Source of the DNA: a virus
Taxonomy: Duplodnaviria > Caudoviricetes
IMG/VR virus record: IMGVR_UViG_3300014613_000678
Location: 1-24,792 of that record
DNA length: 24,792 bases
Reading direction: 5' to 3' (one strand)
The notes under the pieces were generated by a model that did no database searches, had not been told where the DNA came from, and saw only the letters and a list, made by a program, of their open reading frames with translations. Within the stretch, counting starts at the first letter, position 1; the number at the start of each line of letters is the position of its first letter. Both the position numbers and the translations under genes were made by a program. This document shows, in pieces, positions 15,821-24,792 of the stretch.

Positions 15821-16986
15821 GAAAACGAGATACGATTTCCATAATTCTAACAGTATTTATCGGCGTGATAATTACGAGTCTTATCAGTTACGGCGCTTTG
15901 ACCAAGACGCATACATTTACGACCGGGCAGGTTATATCCGCAAGCCAGATGAATACGAACTTTGACGACTTGTTTAACGCTATCGGCACGCAGGAGTTCA
16001 CCGAGGATAACGCCTTAACAGATGATGAGACCGTGACGAGTTCCCTGGACGCTGTTGACCAGGCCATAGGCGACCAGACATTTACGAATCAATATTATGT
16101 TACCGATGCCGATGACCTTTCCGATTGTGTTCAGAACCTCGACAACCAGATAAAAACCGTTGACGGAAATGTCTATACCGCGACCACTGACCAGTTGATA
16201 AATAAGCGTATAACACGGGCGAAGTTTGGGTGGAGCGATATAACTCGCGTATCAATTGATGCAGCAGCTTATTTTGTCAATATCACCACCGATCGTATAG
16301 CATTCTGGGACTCTCAACTTGTGTTCATATTCGGCCCGACTGGAAGCAATGCTTCGAGTTCGGCATTAACTGCCGCTGCGTGGCAATACCTCTATCTGGA
16401 CGGTTCCAGTATTGAAGCCCTAAAGGTTGGCAACCCGCTAACCGCTGCCAACTTTATCAACTCCACAGTTGCGCCTGCAAAATTAACTACATCACCCGAT
16501 GGATGGTATTGTGACGCTTCTACAAAGACAAGCGGGGCATTCGAAACTTACGATAGATGTATAATGGCGGTTACAACCGACGCATCAAGTAACATAATCG
16601 GATTCTATCACGATGCTGATAAAATGACTTATGCGAGTGGGTTAAGCACTAAAGTTGCAACTGAGGATGGTTATGTCGGTTTGTCTACTGCGCCGCGTTT
16701 GGTGACATTTATAGCCCCTGTGTTCGTTAATTTAGTTGATGCGACATTCACATTCAGAAAAACGCTTAATGATGTAGATACATTTTATTATTATACTACC
16801 GATCCTCAAATAAATTCAGTCGGTCATATATTGGGTCATTCTTTTTTACAAGTACACCCGAATGTTAATCAGCTCACAGTTGTATGTGATAGTTCTCAAA
16901 AGATAAATGTTAGTGCCAGTGTAAGCACACCTTACACTCGCATAGGTGTATCAACCGACGGGTGGCGGTTTCCGTTAGGAATGTAA
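15817..16986 (+). CDS. tail fibre/spike protein with N-terminal signal or anchor sequence
   Basis: After a 26-aa signal-like leader comes TFTTGQVISASQMNTNFDDL (typical virion-anchoring start), two tandem stalk repeats (AIG.Q.FT...LD), and a beta-rich tip. Confidence 0.75.
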   Translation: MRKRDTISIILTVFIGVIITSLISYGALTKTHTFTTGQVISASQMNTNFDDLFNAIGTQEFTEDNALTDDETVTSSLDAVDQAIGDQTFTNQYYVTDADDLSDCVQNLDNQIKTVDGNVYTATTDQLINKRITRAKFGWSDITRVSIDAAAYFVNITTDRIAFWDSQLVFIFGPTGSNASSSALTAAAWQYLYLDGSSIEALKVGNPLTAANFINSTVAPAKLTTSPDGWYCDASTKTSGAFETYDRCIMAVTTDASSNIIGFYHDADKMTYASGLSTKVATEDGYVGLSTAPRLVTFIAPVFVNLVDATFTFRKTLNDVDTFYYYTTDPQINSVGHILGHSFLQVHPNVNQLTVVCDSSQKINVSASVSTPYTRIGVSTDGWRFPLGM

Positions 16987-17229
16987 ATGGCAAAGAACCA
17001 GTTAATAAAAAAGACCAGCCGAATACAGGATGCTGAGATCGAGCGCCAGTTTGATAACATCATAGACGCTATGACCCTGTTCCCGTTTATCGGCATGTTC
17101 AGCACGGACCCAACAACAACCGGGTGGGGTATAGCCAACATTTGTTGGTGGGTAAATACCGGCACATCAACGGCGATTCGTATCAAGTATTGGAACGGTG
17201 CTGCCGTTAAAACAGTTTCGGAGGATTAA
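16987..17229 (+). CDS. small tail-associated protein
   Basis: 80 aa, abutting the fibre gene. Helix EIERQFDNI plus WWVNT...KYWNG fibre-like motif. Confidence 0.65.
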   Translation: MAKNQLIKKTSRIQDAEIERQFDNIIDAMTLFPFIGMFSTDPTTTGWGIANICWWVNTGTSTAIRIKYWNGAAVKTVSED

Positions 17230-17232
17230 AAA

Positions 17233-17925
17233 ATGGTGCTTCAGGCTTTATTAGCAGCATTACCAGCGGCAGCATCGGTAGCGGGCGGCGCAATGTCTAT
17301 GTTTGGTGGCAAGAAAGGGGGAAGCCAGAGCGCTTATGGACCTATTAGCAGGGACACATTGGCTGAGTATTTTCAGAAAGCCGTTCGATCCGCTGACGAA
17401 CACGACCCAAAAGGCGTTGCGGACATGCCCGAATGGGATTGGGAACGCCTGACCGGCGGAGACTATAACCGGCTCGAGGAACAATTATATCAAGGTCCGG
17501 CAAACCGAATTATCCAGGAGAGGGAAATTGCGCGAGCAAAGTTCCGGGACAACCTGCGCAAATTAGGTATCGCCGACGAACCGGCGGGCATGGCGCTTGA
17601 AACTCAGAACATAACCGACCCGTATGGCCGACAATTGACTGATGCTGCCAGTCAAGCAGCAACTACGCGATATGGGCTTCAGAGTCAGGAATTAGAAAAA
17701 ATGAACCCTGCCAAGATGGAATACGGATGGAATAAATACGCTGCTCCGCGTGATTTCTGGCTAAACAAGATGAAAATGTTTTATGCCGGTATGAGCCAGC
17801 AAGGTTCAAGCTCAACAGCGGGCACACCACCTGACTACGCAGAGCTAGGCAAGCAATTAGGGCTTGGCCTAAACACTGGTATTAAAGCTCTGGGGTCTGG
17901 AAGCTCTGGAATTAAGTACACATAA
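17233..17925 (+). CDS. putative DNA ejection (internal virion) protein, P22 gp7-like
   Basis: Ala/Gly-rich hydrophobic N-terminus, helical body and Gly-rich C-terminus. First of three ejection-position genes. Confidence 0.65.
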   Translation: MVLQALLAALPAAASVAGGAMSMFGGKKGGSQSAYGPISRDTLAEYFQKAVRSADEHDPKGVADMPEWDWERLTGGDYNRLEEQLYQGPANRIIQEREIARAKFRDNLRKLGIADEPAGMALETQNITDPYGRQLTDAASQAATTRYGLQSQELEKMNPAKMEYGWNKYAAPRDFWLNKMKMFYAGMSQQGSSSTAGTPPDYAELGKQLGLGLNTGIKALGSGSSGIKYT

Positions 17926-17935
17926 GGAGATTAAC

Positions 17936-19276
17936 GTGGACGAATACGAACGATACGCAGAGAGGATAGAGAACGAATTTCAGGGTAGAAAGCCACTTCC
18001 TCCTATTCTGAAGCAAATCTTGATGGATGCGCTTTTGAAATCCTCCGCTGGTCAGAACGTGCAGATACCAAATCCGTATAAGGAATTATACGGTGAAGGT
18101 CCACCGCGTCCGTTGTCTCCTGAAGAGCAGGCTTCGGAACCGAGTCGATTACCTCCGATAGCCGATATGCTACGCCGCCAGAAGTTAGAAACTATGGTGC
18201 CGGATACAATGGGCGGATATGGGCAGATGATGGGGGGTCTGGAAGCTGCCCAGAAGGTAGTCCCGGATGTGATACAGGCCGGAGCGGGTACAAGTTTATT
18301 AAATAAAGGAGAAACCGAACCTTTCTACACAACACCGTTTAAACCGACAGAACCAAGGGAAATTAAACCGTGGCAAACCCCTGAAGGAAATATAGTTAAT
18401 ATTCCAAACAACGAGCCTCCGCCCCCTGGATCAGTACCGTATTCCAAACCAGGCACTCCACCTGTGCCACGCGCATTAAAATCATGGAAAACATCCCAAG
18501 GAAGCGTAATCCATCTTCCCAATAACGAGTTGCCGCCTCCCGGGTCAGTACCGTATGAATCTACAAAAATACCTACAACAAAAGAAGAGCGTTCAACCAC
18601 TCAAAGAATAGCTGCTCTGCCTAAAATCAAGGAACTTGATCCAAATGATGCCTATGGACGTGGGTGGAAAATGAATGATGACGGAACAGTGTTCACGCAA
18701 CTTGACACTGGTGCGCCTGTCAGGTTGCCCGATTTCGATCAGAAAATGGGTAAACGTGGCATGATACGGGCTGTTTTGGAGGCTGGTGAGCAGTTGGATG
18801 ACGCTGGGAAAGTGTGGGATTTATTACAAGCCCCAGAAGTTGCTTCGACATTGCGCGCCGCTGCTGATGCCGGATTTTGGGATTTAGCATATGGAACATG
18901 GTCAAATAAAATAGGTGAATGGCTCCAAAGGAAAGGAATCGCCAAGAACTCGAAAACCACAGAAGCTATAATCCGAATGGGTCGGTTGGCTTCTGTTGAT
19001 AGGAAATTGTTTTTAGGAACGGCAGTTAGCGTGTCTGAATTAAAATCAATTCAAACATGGATTCCGGCGCCAGGGGATAGTTATGATCTAATGGTTTCAA
19101 AAATTAAGGTTGCAGTTGCAGAAGGTAAGGAGGTTTTCAATCGTTTTCTTGACACTTACAAAGATACTGCGAATATGTCCCCGTTTTATAAAGCATTTGG
19201 TATATCAAGATTTGAAAGCGGTGGTGATTTAAAAAACCTGTCAAATGAAGAACTTTTGAAAAGATTGGGTAAATAA
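17936..19276 (+). CDS. putative DNA ejection protein with Pro-rich tandem repeat
   Basis: AAGGAG plus GTG start. Pro-rich N-half and helical C-half. Synteny with podovirus ejection genes. Confidence 0.65.
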   Translation: MDEYERYAERIENEFQGRKPLPPILKQILMDALLKSSAGQNVQIPNPYKELYGEGPPRPLSPEEQASEPSRLPPIADMLRRQKLETMVPDTMGGYGQMMGGLEAAQKVVPDVIQAGAGTSLLNKGETEPFYTTPFKPTEPREIKPWQTPEGNIVNIPNNEPPPPGSVPYSKPGTPPVPRALKSWKTSQGSVIHLPNNELPPPGSVPYESTKIPTTKEERSTTQRIAALPKIKELDPNDAYGRGWKMNDDGTVFTQLDTGAPVRLPDFDQKMGKRGMIRAVLEAGEQLDDAGKVWDLLQAPEVASTLRAAADAGFWDLAYGTWSNKIGEWLQRKGIAKNSKTTEAIIRMGRLASVDRKLFLGTAVSVSELKSIQTWIPAPGDSYDLMVSKIKVAVAEGKEVFNRFLDTYKDTANMSPFYKAFGISRFESGGDLKNLSNEELLKRLGK

Positions 19277-21831
19277 TGCCGACACAGATAGAATTAATGG
19301 CGGAAGCAAATCGCAGGGGTATTTTGCCAGAAGATAAAAAACCGTTATTTGACGAAGCTGTTAAACGCGGTTTGATAGACCATTCGGGTAAACTAAACTT
19401 ACAGGCTCCTGAAGGCGAGATGAGCTTCAAACAGGACTTTCCGGTTTCCCGTGCTGTATCCCGATTTACAAGACCGCTATTAGAAATAGGTGGTTTAATT
19501 GGTGGTGGTATGGCAGGTGCGCCTGCTGCGCCTCAAACCCTCGGTATTAGTTCGGTTGCAGGGGCCGGGTTAGGGTATGCAGGAGGGGCCGCAATCGCTG
19601 ATGAACTGGACGCTTTTCTTAAACTTACCGAACGCAAGGATTGGGAACAGCAATATGCTAAAGGGGCTGGAGATATCGCAAAGGGCGCAATGTACGAAAT
19701 GGGCGGGCAGTTAGTAGGTAGCGCACTTACATACGGTGGAAAGAAGTTGGGCGATTTTTTTGGCTGGCTCAAAAGCAAGTTTCCAAGTATGAGTGACGCT
19801 GCGATTCTAAGCAGGGCACGTGAGGAATTAGAGGTTATACGTGCCGTTACGCCTGAGATGGAGAAAACGGCTAAAGATACAACAGGTATGTTAAAGCGCC
19901 TGGAAGTTAAAACGCCCCCAACATTCGCACAGCAAACCGGCAGTCGCAAGGCGGCGGCTTATGAACAGGCGGTAAGTGCGCAGGATAAAGAGGCACAGGC
20001 GGTCCTTTTTGCCCAGGATGCGCAGATAAGAAAAGAAGGACTTGGAACAGTCAACGAAATGCTCGAAACGGGAAAGACAGTTGATGACTTGGTTTCCGGT
20101 GTTGTGAAGCAAAAGCAGGCTATGGAAAACCAGGCGTTACAGGCTGCCAAAAGTGCTGATAAATTAACAACACCATTGTTTACCGTCCCGACACCACAAG
20201 CAACCGGAAAGGCTATTGAGGAAACGCTTCAGGCGACCAAGACTACCCAGAAAGGATTGATGGAAGCCGAATATGCTCAAATACCCGAAGGAATACAATT
20301 AAGCGGGGCACCATTAAAAACAAGTATTAGCGGCATCGCCAAGGATTATAAGTTGAAAGGTGGCGGACCCGATACATTGCCCACACCCATTATAAAACAA
20401 ATCAACAAGGGTTTAAAAGATGGCGAGGGGAATGTAACATTCGATCAATTGCGTGATTGGCGGTCACAAATAGGCCAGGAAATAAGGGACAATATAACCG
20501 GAGCTAACCCGAACCTAAAACTTGTTCGTCGGTTAAAACAACTGGGAAATGGTGTTGATGACTCGATGGATCAGATGTATAAACTCGGGAAAGGTCAGGA
20601 AACGGTTATTGCTCAATACCGGCGGGCCTCTGATTTATATAGAGAGTATGTCAAGACATTCAGGAAGGGAACTGTAGGGGAGGTTCTGCAACCGGGAGAT
20701 TTAAGCACGGGCGGCAAGGTAGCTTATTCCGAAATCCCTAACAGGTTTTTCCGCACCGGCAAGATGGATGTGGCAGATGATCTTATAAATGCCGTCGGGA
20801 AAGCAAACGCAGGCAAATTAATAGATGATTTCGCATCGTTTGATTTGGTAATAAAAGCCGGTAAAGACGGATTGATGAAAACTAAAATAGCCTCTGATTG
20901 GTTATTTAAAAATAAGACCGTGCTTGATAAATACGGGCTGTATGACAAGTATGCTAAAATCGTTAAATCAAACAAGATTTCCGATGATATTGCCGGAGAA
21001 TTAACGGCATATACGAAATCCATTGCGACAAGGGTGCTTGAAGCCGATGTGGATAAAGTCATATTGAAAGTATTTTCGGGCGAAGGTGCTATTAACAGTG
21101 CAGCAACCATGCGTGATTTGTTGAGTCTGTCGGGAGTAAGGGGAAACCCGGCAGCTATACGAGGGCTGAAAAGCTCGTTTAAAGATTTTCTTTTAAAACA
21201 AGCTGAAGTAGATAAAGTTGACGCATTACAAAACCCTGTGCATAGCATACATACATTCGGTAAATTAATAAATAAATACCTACCCGCTATGCGGGTTCTT
21301 TATAAAGGAGAGATGGATAAAATAAAAGCCTTGCAAGACTATCATTCGCTTTTAAGAATGTTGAGTAGAAACAAGAACGTTACCTATGCAGGCGGTTCCC
21401 CGACAGTAGAAAAAGCCACCGGGACAGCTCAAAAAGTCAGATCGGAAATTCTGGAACGATTTGCGCAACTTGGTGCAATTAGGCTTGGCAAGGGTTGGAT
21501 TTACAGCGCATCCCGAAATCTCGCAAGGTCTTTACTGAGTGCGCCTGAGAAATTCACCCGGGAACAAATAGATATTCTACTCAAAGAAGCCATATTCAAC
21601 CCGGATGTGGCTAAAACCGTTATGGAAGCTACAAAACCTTTAACTGGCAAAATGAGTTTGAAAGTTTTTTATAAGAGGCCGGAGGCGGGAGGAAAAGCAG
21701 TTGATTATCTCCCCCCTGCTATGAGGTTAAACAAAAAAACCGGCGAGATAGAGGAGTTGGGCCGTAGCATGAAATATCATTTGCTCACAATGGGGGCATA
21801 TAGCACCGCAGAAATGTTAGAGGAAGACTAA
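19276..21831 (+). CDS. large putative DNA ejection protein, P22 gp16-like position
   Basis: 851 aa. GGLIGGGMAG...GAGLGYAGG membrane-insertion segment, TFAQQTGS and TFDQLRDWRSQIG motifs, all-helical character. Confidence 0.72.
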   Translation: MPTQIELMAEANRRGILPEDKKPLFDEAVKRGLIDHSGKLNLQAPEGEMSFKQDFPVSRAVSRFTRPLLEIGGLIGGGMAGAPAAPQTLGISSVAGAGLGYAGGAAIADELDAFLKLTERKDWEQQYAKGAGDIAKGAMYEMGGQLVGSALTYGGKKLGDFFGWLKSKFPSMSDAAILSRAREELEVIRAVTPEMEKTAKDTTGMLKRLEVKTPPTFAQQTGSRKAAAYEQAVSAQDKEAQAVLFAQDAQIRKEGLGTVNEMLETGKTVDDLVSGVVKQKQAMENQALQAAKSADKLTTPLFTVPTPQATGKAIEETLQATKTTQKGLMEAEYAQIPEGIQLSGAPLKTSISGIAKDYKLKGGGPDTLPTPIIKQINKGLKDGEGNVTFDQLRDWRSQIGQEIRDNITGANPNLKLVRRLKQLGNGVDDSMDQMYKLGKGQETVIAQYRRASDLYREYVKTFRKGTVGEVLQPGDLSTGGKVAYSEIPNRFFRTGKMDVADDLINAVGKANAGKLIDDFASFDLVIKAGKDGLMKTKIASDWLFKNKTVLDKYGLYDKYAKIVKSNKISDDIAGELTAYTKSIATRVLEADVDKVILKVFSGEGAINSAATMRDLLSLSGVRGNPAAIRGLKSSFKDFLLKQAEVDKVDALQNPVHSIHTFGKLINKYLPAMRVLYKGEMDKIKALQDYHSLLRMLSRNKNVTYAGGSPTVEKATGTAQKVRSEILERFAQLGAIRLGKGWIYSASRNLARSLLSAPEKFTREQIDILLKEAIFNPDVAKTVMEATKPLTGKMSLKVFYKRPEAGGKAVDYLPPAMRLNKKTGEIEELGRSMKYHLLTMGAYSTAEMLEED

Positions 21832-21851
21832 TATATAACCGGAGGTAAACC

Positions 21852-22208
21852 ATGAAGAAAACCATCGCAATTTTCACCTTGATACTCTTACTCGTAACAA
21901 TGTCCTGGGCGGGGGATGTACGGCAGTCGGCGCAGTTCGGCAAGGATATGTGTGTGGCGACCGGGGACGGCTTGTTCCACGGCATCATCGTTATGACGGA
22001 CGGGACGTATTATGCATCTGTAGATATTTACGATAATACGGCTACCAGTGGTGCAAAGTTGATCCCGACATGGGATATATCGACAAACAGCACTGACCGG
22101 AGCAGGACTTTAAGTATTAATCCGCCTGCCAGATATTATAAGGGCGTGTATGTTGATATCACCACGTCTGGAACCATTAAGTATATGGTTTATAAAGAAG
22201 ATAGATAA
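21852..22208 (+). CDS. signal-peptide-bearing small beta-sandwich virion-type protein
   Basis: MKK + hydrophobic core + SWA cleavage site. G.FHGIIV.TDG......IYDNT..SG...KGVYVDI pattern common in phage structural modules. GGAGGT RBS. Confidence 0.7.
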   Translation: MKKTIAIFTLILLLVTMSWAGDVRQSAQFGKDMCVATGDGLFHGIIVMTDGTYYASVDIYDNTATSGAKLIPTWDISTNSTDRSRTLSINPPARYYKGVYVDITTSGTIKYMVYKEDR

Positions 22209-22219
22209 GGAGGCCCGTA

Positions 22220-24019
22220 ATGAAGAAACTATTTTTGTTGATATTATGTTTGATTATCGCGTCTCCTGTTTGTGCCGGGCCTTCAATTAGTGGCGGCGGG
22301 TCGTTTTATGGTGGACAACTTGGACTTGACACTTACATGAGCAACGCTGCTGGCCCAACATTGCTGAATGAAGCAGCCACGGCGACCAATCCGACATTGG
22401 TGCCTAATAAGGCAGATGGGGATTCGGGACCTGCCTGGGCATCAGCCGACATGCCCAATGTAGTTGCCGGTGCCAAAGAGGCCCAACGATGGGTCGAATT
22501 TAACGACGGCGCTTCCAAAATTGCCAACTTCCTGGGGTTGACCCAAGAGGACTCGGTGACGGATGGTGAAACAAACGGCACGACCTTATTGCAATCAGAC
22601 GGAGCGGCGGGGGACAACTTCGTCACGACCTGCACCGTGGGCGATTGGGTGCTTATCTATGGCGGAACTACCGCTGCGGATTACGGGGTCTATCAAATTG
22701 TCACAATTATAGATGATGATAATTTGGTATTGGATACTGCTCTAACTGGAACCAACTCCGATGTGGATTTCTATGTTCTTTCGCCTGATACATCAACGGT
22801 ATATGCTCCTGATTTGAATGTTAATGGCAACGTCGGCATCGGAACGACGAGTCCAAGTTATCCTTTAGAAATTCTTACTCCAGCTTCAGGTCATCAAGCC
22901 ATGTACGTATCTAACACTGTCCCTACTACTGGTGACAATTTAGAGTATAGTTTAATTTCAGCGTCTCCTTCGACAAAAAGTACCGGTGGTCAAAAATGGA
23001 ATGTATTTTCTGCAGGAGGGCCAGTTTTAGATAATGGAATAGCAGAATTTACAAGTTTTAACGCAGCGCCATCTCCAACAGGAGCTTATAATATAGCAAG
23101 TTGGATTGGCTTAAATACACAACCACTCTTGCTTAATGGTAGAACCTATACCAGCGCTTACGGAGTTAAAGCTGACACGCCTCACATGGTTGGTGGAACG
23201 GGGACAATAACTACATACTACGGATTATTTATAGGCGATCCTGCTGACAATGCTGGTCCCGTTACCATAACAAACCCCTGGGGTGTTTATGTAGATGGAA
23301 CGTTGAATTCTTATTTTGGTGGCAATTTAGATGTGAGTGGTGAAATCAATAGCCGAGCTTATTATTGGGTTGACGAGTTTGATCAGGGCAACGCCACAGA
23401 CCAAGTTGATGCGGTGGGGGCGAATGCAGCCTTCTGGACTGTAGGCGGCCTCAACGAAAACGCAATGGCGGATTTTGCTAACGGTGTTGGTGGAACGCTC
23501 ACGCTGACCACAGCGGGCGGTGCCGACAATGACAGCACCTCTATTATTAGTGAACCGATATTTGCCACAGATAGCAATCCAGTCGTCGAGTTCAGATTCA
23601 AGATCGACAACATAGTGGATGCGATTGCGATGGTGGGACTTACCACGGCGGCGGCGCAAGAAATGTCGGGTACGCCATGCACCGATTGTATTATGGTAGG
23701 GTTACAAGAGGAAAATGGGGTCTCAGCCGATGCTGTCATAATTGGAACGAACGATAGCGATTCCGCTGGAATGACCTACCAGGACACCCTGATTAACGTG
23801 GTCAATGATACCTGGGTTAAAGTCAAATTCGACATAACCGACACGGAGCAGCCGAGGGTTTGGGTCAACGACACAGAGATTGCAGCGGGACAAATTACCG
23901 GCACGGTAAAGGCAACTCAAACGCTCATGATCTACGCTCATGTGCAGGCTTTGATAGGAACCCCAATCACGCGAGTAATGACTATTGATTATATAAAAGT
24001 GTGGAGTGACAGAGGATAA
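22220..24019 (+). CDS. signal-peptide-bearing tail fibre / receptor-binding protein
   Basis: MKK + hydrophobic core + VCA cleavage site. Fibre motifs P...D.DSG.....D....VAGA.E..R and GNVGIGTTSP. C-terminal lectin-like beta domain ending TIDYIKVW. Confidence 0.75.
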   Translation: MKKLFLLILCLIIASPVCAGPSISGGGSFYGGQLGLDTYMSNAAGPTLLNEAATATNPTLVPNKADGDSGPAWASADMPNVVAGAKEAQRWVEFNDGASKIANFLGLTQEDSVTDGETNGTTLLQSDGAAGDNFVTTCTVGDWVLIYGGTTAADYGVYQIVTIIDDDNLVLDTALTGTNSDVDFYVLSPDTSTVYAPDLNVNGNVGIGTTSPSYPLEILTPASGHQAMYVSNTVPTTGDNLEYSLISASPSTKSTGGQKWNVFSAGGPVLDNGIAEFTSFNAAPSPTGAYNIASWIGLNTQPLLLNGRTYTSAYGVKADTPHMVGGTGTITTYYGLFIGDPADNAGPVTITNPWGVYVDGTLNSYFGGNLDVSGEINSRAYYWVDEFDQGNATDQVDAVGANAAFWTVGGLNENAMADFANGVGGTLTLTTAGGADNDSTSIISEPIFATDSNPVVEFRFKIDNIVDAIAMVGLTTAAAQEMSGTPCTDCIMVGLQEENGVSADAVIIGTNDSDSAGMTYQDTLINVVNDTWVKVKFDITDTEQPRVWVNDTEIAAGQITGTVKATQTLMIYAHVQALIGTPITRVMTIDYIKVWSDRG

Positions 24020-24042
24020 TTTAAAATATAAGGAGATTTAAA

Positions 24043-24087
24043 ATGAAACGGCTATCTACAAATCAAGAAATGAAGGGTTTTAAATGA
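24043..24087 (+). CDS. 14-aa mini-ORF MKRLSTNQEMKGFK
   Basis: AAGGAG RBS at 24030-24035. Its TGA overlaps the ATG of the next gene. Confidence 0.35.
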   Translation: MKRLSTNQEMKGFK

Positions 24088-24410
24088 GTAGAATTATCAC
24101 GATATTCATGGCGATATTACTCACGTCATGCGTCACGATCGGCCCAAATGTCAAAGCTGACTGTAAATCAAAGGCAATTTACACCGCAGCAGCGTTTCAT
24201 GATGCCGGTTATCCGGTCCGGCTTGCCAGGGGTTTGACACAAGGTGGAGAGGGGCACATTGAAACACAGGCTCGCATCCGGGGTTTTTGGCGCTGGATTG
24301 ATTTCAACCTCGGTTGGTCGGACACGGGGCCAAAAGACTTTAAAATACTTTATTATTACACATTACAAGAAGCATTTGACCTTTTTTATGGAAACCGAAC
24401 CAAAAATTGA
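24084..24410 (+). CDS. lipoprotein with transglutaminase-like (Cys-His-Asp) core
   Basis: Lipobox LTSC, then DCKSKA...GYPVRL..G...GHI......W.WID, matching the spacing of the transglutaminase-like superfamily. Confidence 0.65.
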   Translation: MSRIITIFMAILLTSCVTIGPNVKADCKSKAIYTAAAFHDAGYPVRLARGLTQGGEGHIETQARIRGFWRWIDFNLGWSDTGPKDFKILYYYTLQEAFDLFYGNRTKN

Positions 24411-24552
24411 CCCTAACACAGGCATTTGTCCGGCGGGGGGGTTCCACAAATCCGAATGGATTGAATCGGATAGCGGGGATATTCGCATCAAAGTATGTGG
24501 CAAATGCGCCACGATATTTGAATGGCATCAGGATAAAAGTAGAAATTGCTAA
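24388..24552 (+). CDS. small putative zinc-ribbon protein
   Basis: 3' part of ORF 24244..24552 from ATG 24388: CPAGGFH...CGKC. Confidence 0.45.
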   Translation: METEPKIDPNTGICPAGGFHKSEWIESDSGDIRIKVCGKCATIFEWHQDKSRNC

Positions 24553-24617
24553 GCGAAAGTTCGAGTATCCTTGGTTTCTGGGCGGTGGGCATGGCAGGAT
24601 AGCGGGTAAAGACAATC

Positions 24618-24792
24618 ATGCTGCTAACTTCTCAGTCTAAGGTTATTGAAGTTGACTTTGACGAAAGGCGGAAGGTGCCCATGAATATAATAAATGGAAA
24701 TTGCGGAGGCAGTCACGTTATCCCCCCAGAACCTTGTGATTGGGCTGATTGGGGGCAAGATACGTGTTTGCGATGCATAAATGGGGAATGTA
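24618..24792 (+). CDS. Cys-rich hypothetical protein, truncated by the window end
   Basis: Open frame from ATG 24618 (MLLTSQSKVIEVDFDERRKVPMNIINGNCGG...CDW..WG..TCLRC..GEC) to the edge. Confidence 0.4.
   Translation, partial: MLLTSQSKVIEVDFDERRKVPMNIINGNCGGSHVIPPEPCDWADWGQDTCLRCINGEC

Larger units (their letters stand above)
1..24792 (+). mobile_element. segment of a podovirus-like tailed phage or prophage (packaging, head and short-tail modules)
   Basis: terL-portal-scaffold-capsid-adaptor-nozzle-fibre-ejection order. No tape measure, sheath or tube genes. Single coding strand. Confidence 0.93.

Noticed and set aside
338-24615. Numerous minus-strand and alternate-frame ORFs in the track
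   Set aside because: They lie within well-supported + strand genes and have no motifs or RBS, so they are treated as shadow ORFs.
24407-24640. 77-aa ORF
   Set aside because: It overlaps the Cys/His-patterned ORF at 24388-24552 and has no motif or RBS.
1-24792. Stop-codon recoding, diversity-generating retroelement, or lysis cassette
   Set aside because: Core genes are full length in the standard code and both TAG and TGA end genes. No reverse transcriptase or adenine-variable repeat pair was noticed. No endolysin or holin motif was recognised, though these may lie outside the window.

Overview
The window is a + strand, tightly packed late operon of an uncultured-type tailed dsDNA phage with podovirus-like architecture. 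Gene order: small early/middle ORFs, a tRNA-like RNA, radical SAM/SPASM enzyme, SDR, large terminase, P22-like portal, scaffold, N4-gp56/DUF4043-like major capsid, accessory head proteins, an O-antigen ligase/O-oligosaccharyltransferase (Wzy_C)-family membrane protein, adaptor, nozzle, tail fibre, three probable ejection proteins, further fibre/decoration proteins, and a transglutaminase-like lipoprotein. The most unusual signal is that four virion-type proteins (fibre and decoration folds) carry N-terminal Sec-type signal peptides, in an operon that also encodes two kinds of enzyme that normally act outside the cytoplasm (a Wzy_C transferase and a Cys-His-Asp lipoprotein). This suggests export and extracytoplasmic modification of virion parts. 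Other notable features: a 74-nt cloverleaf RNA with alanine identity elements but no anticodon loop; a 22-bp direct-repeat-flanked AT-rich insert that regenerates the terminase RBS and probable ATA start; a 20-aa (KG)n micropeptide before the portal; and two tandem paralogous membrane micropeptides. All family assignments come from motif recognition by eye and synteny. No database searches were run. No integrase, lysis cassette or CRISPR array was recognised.
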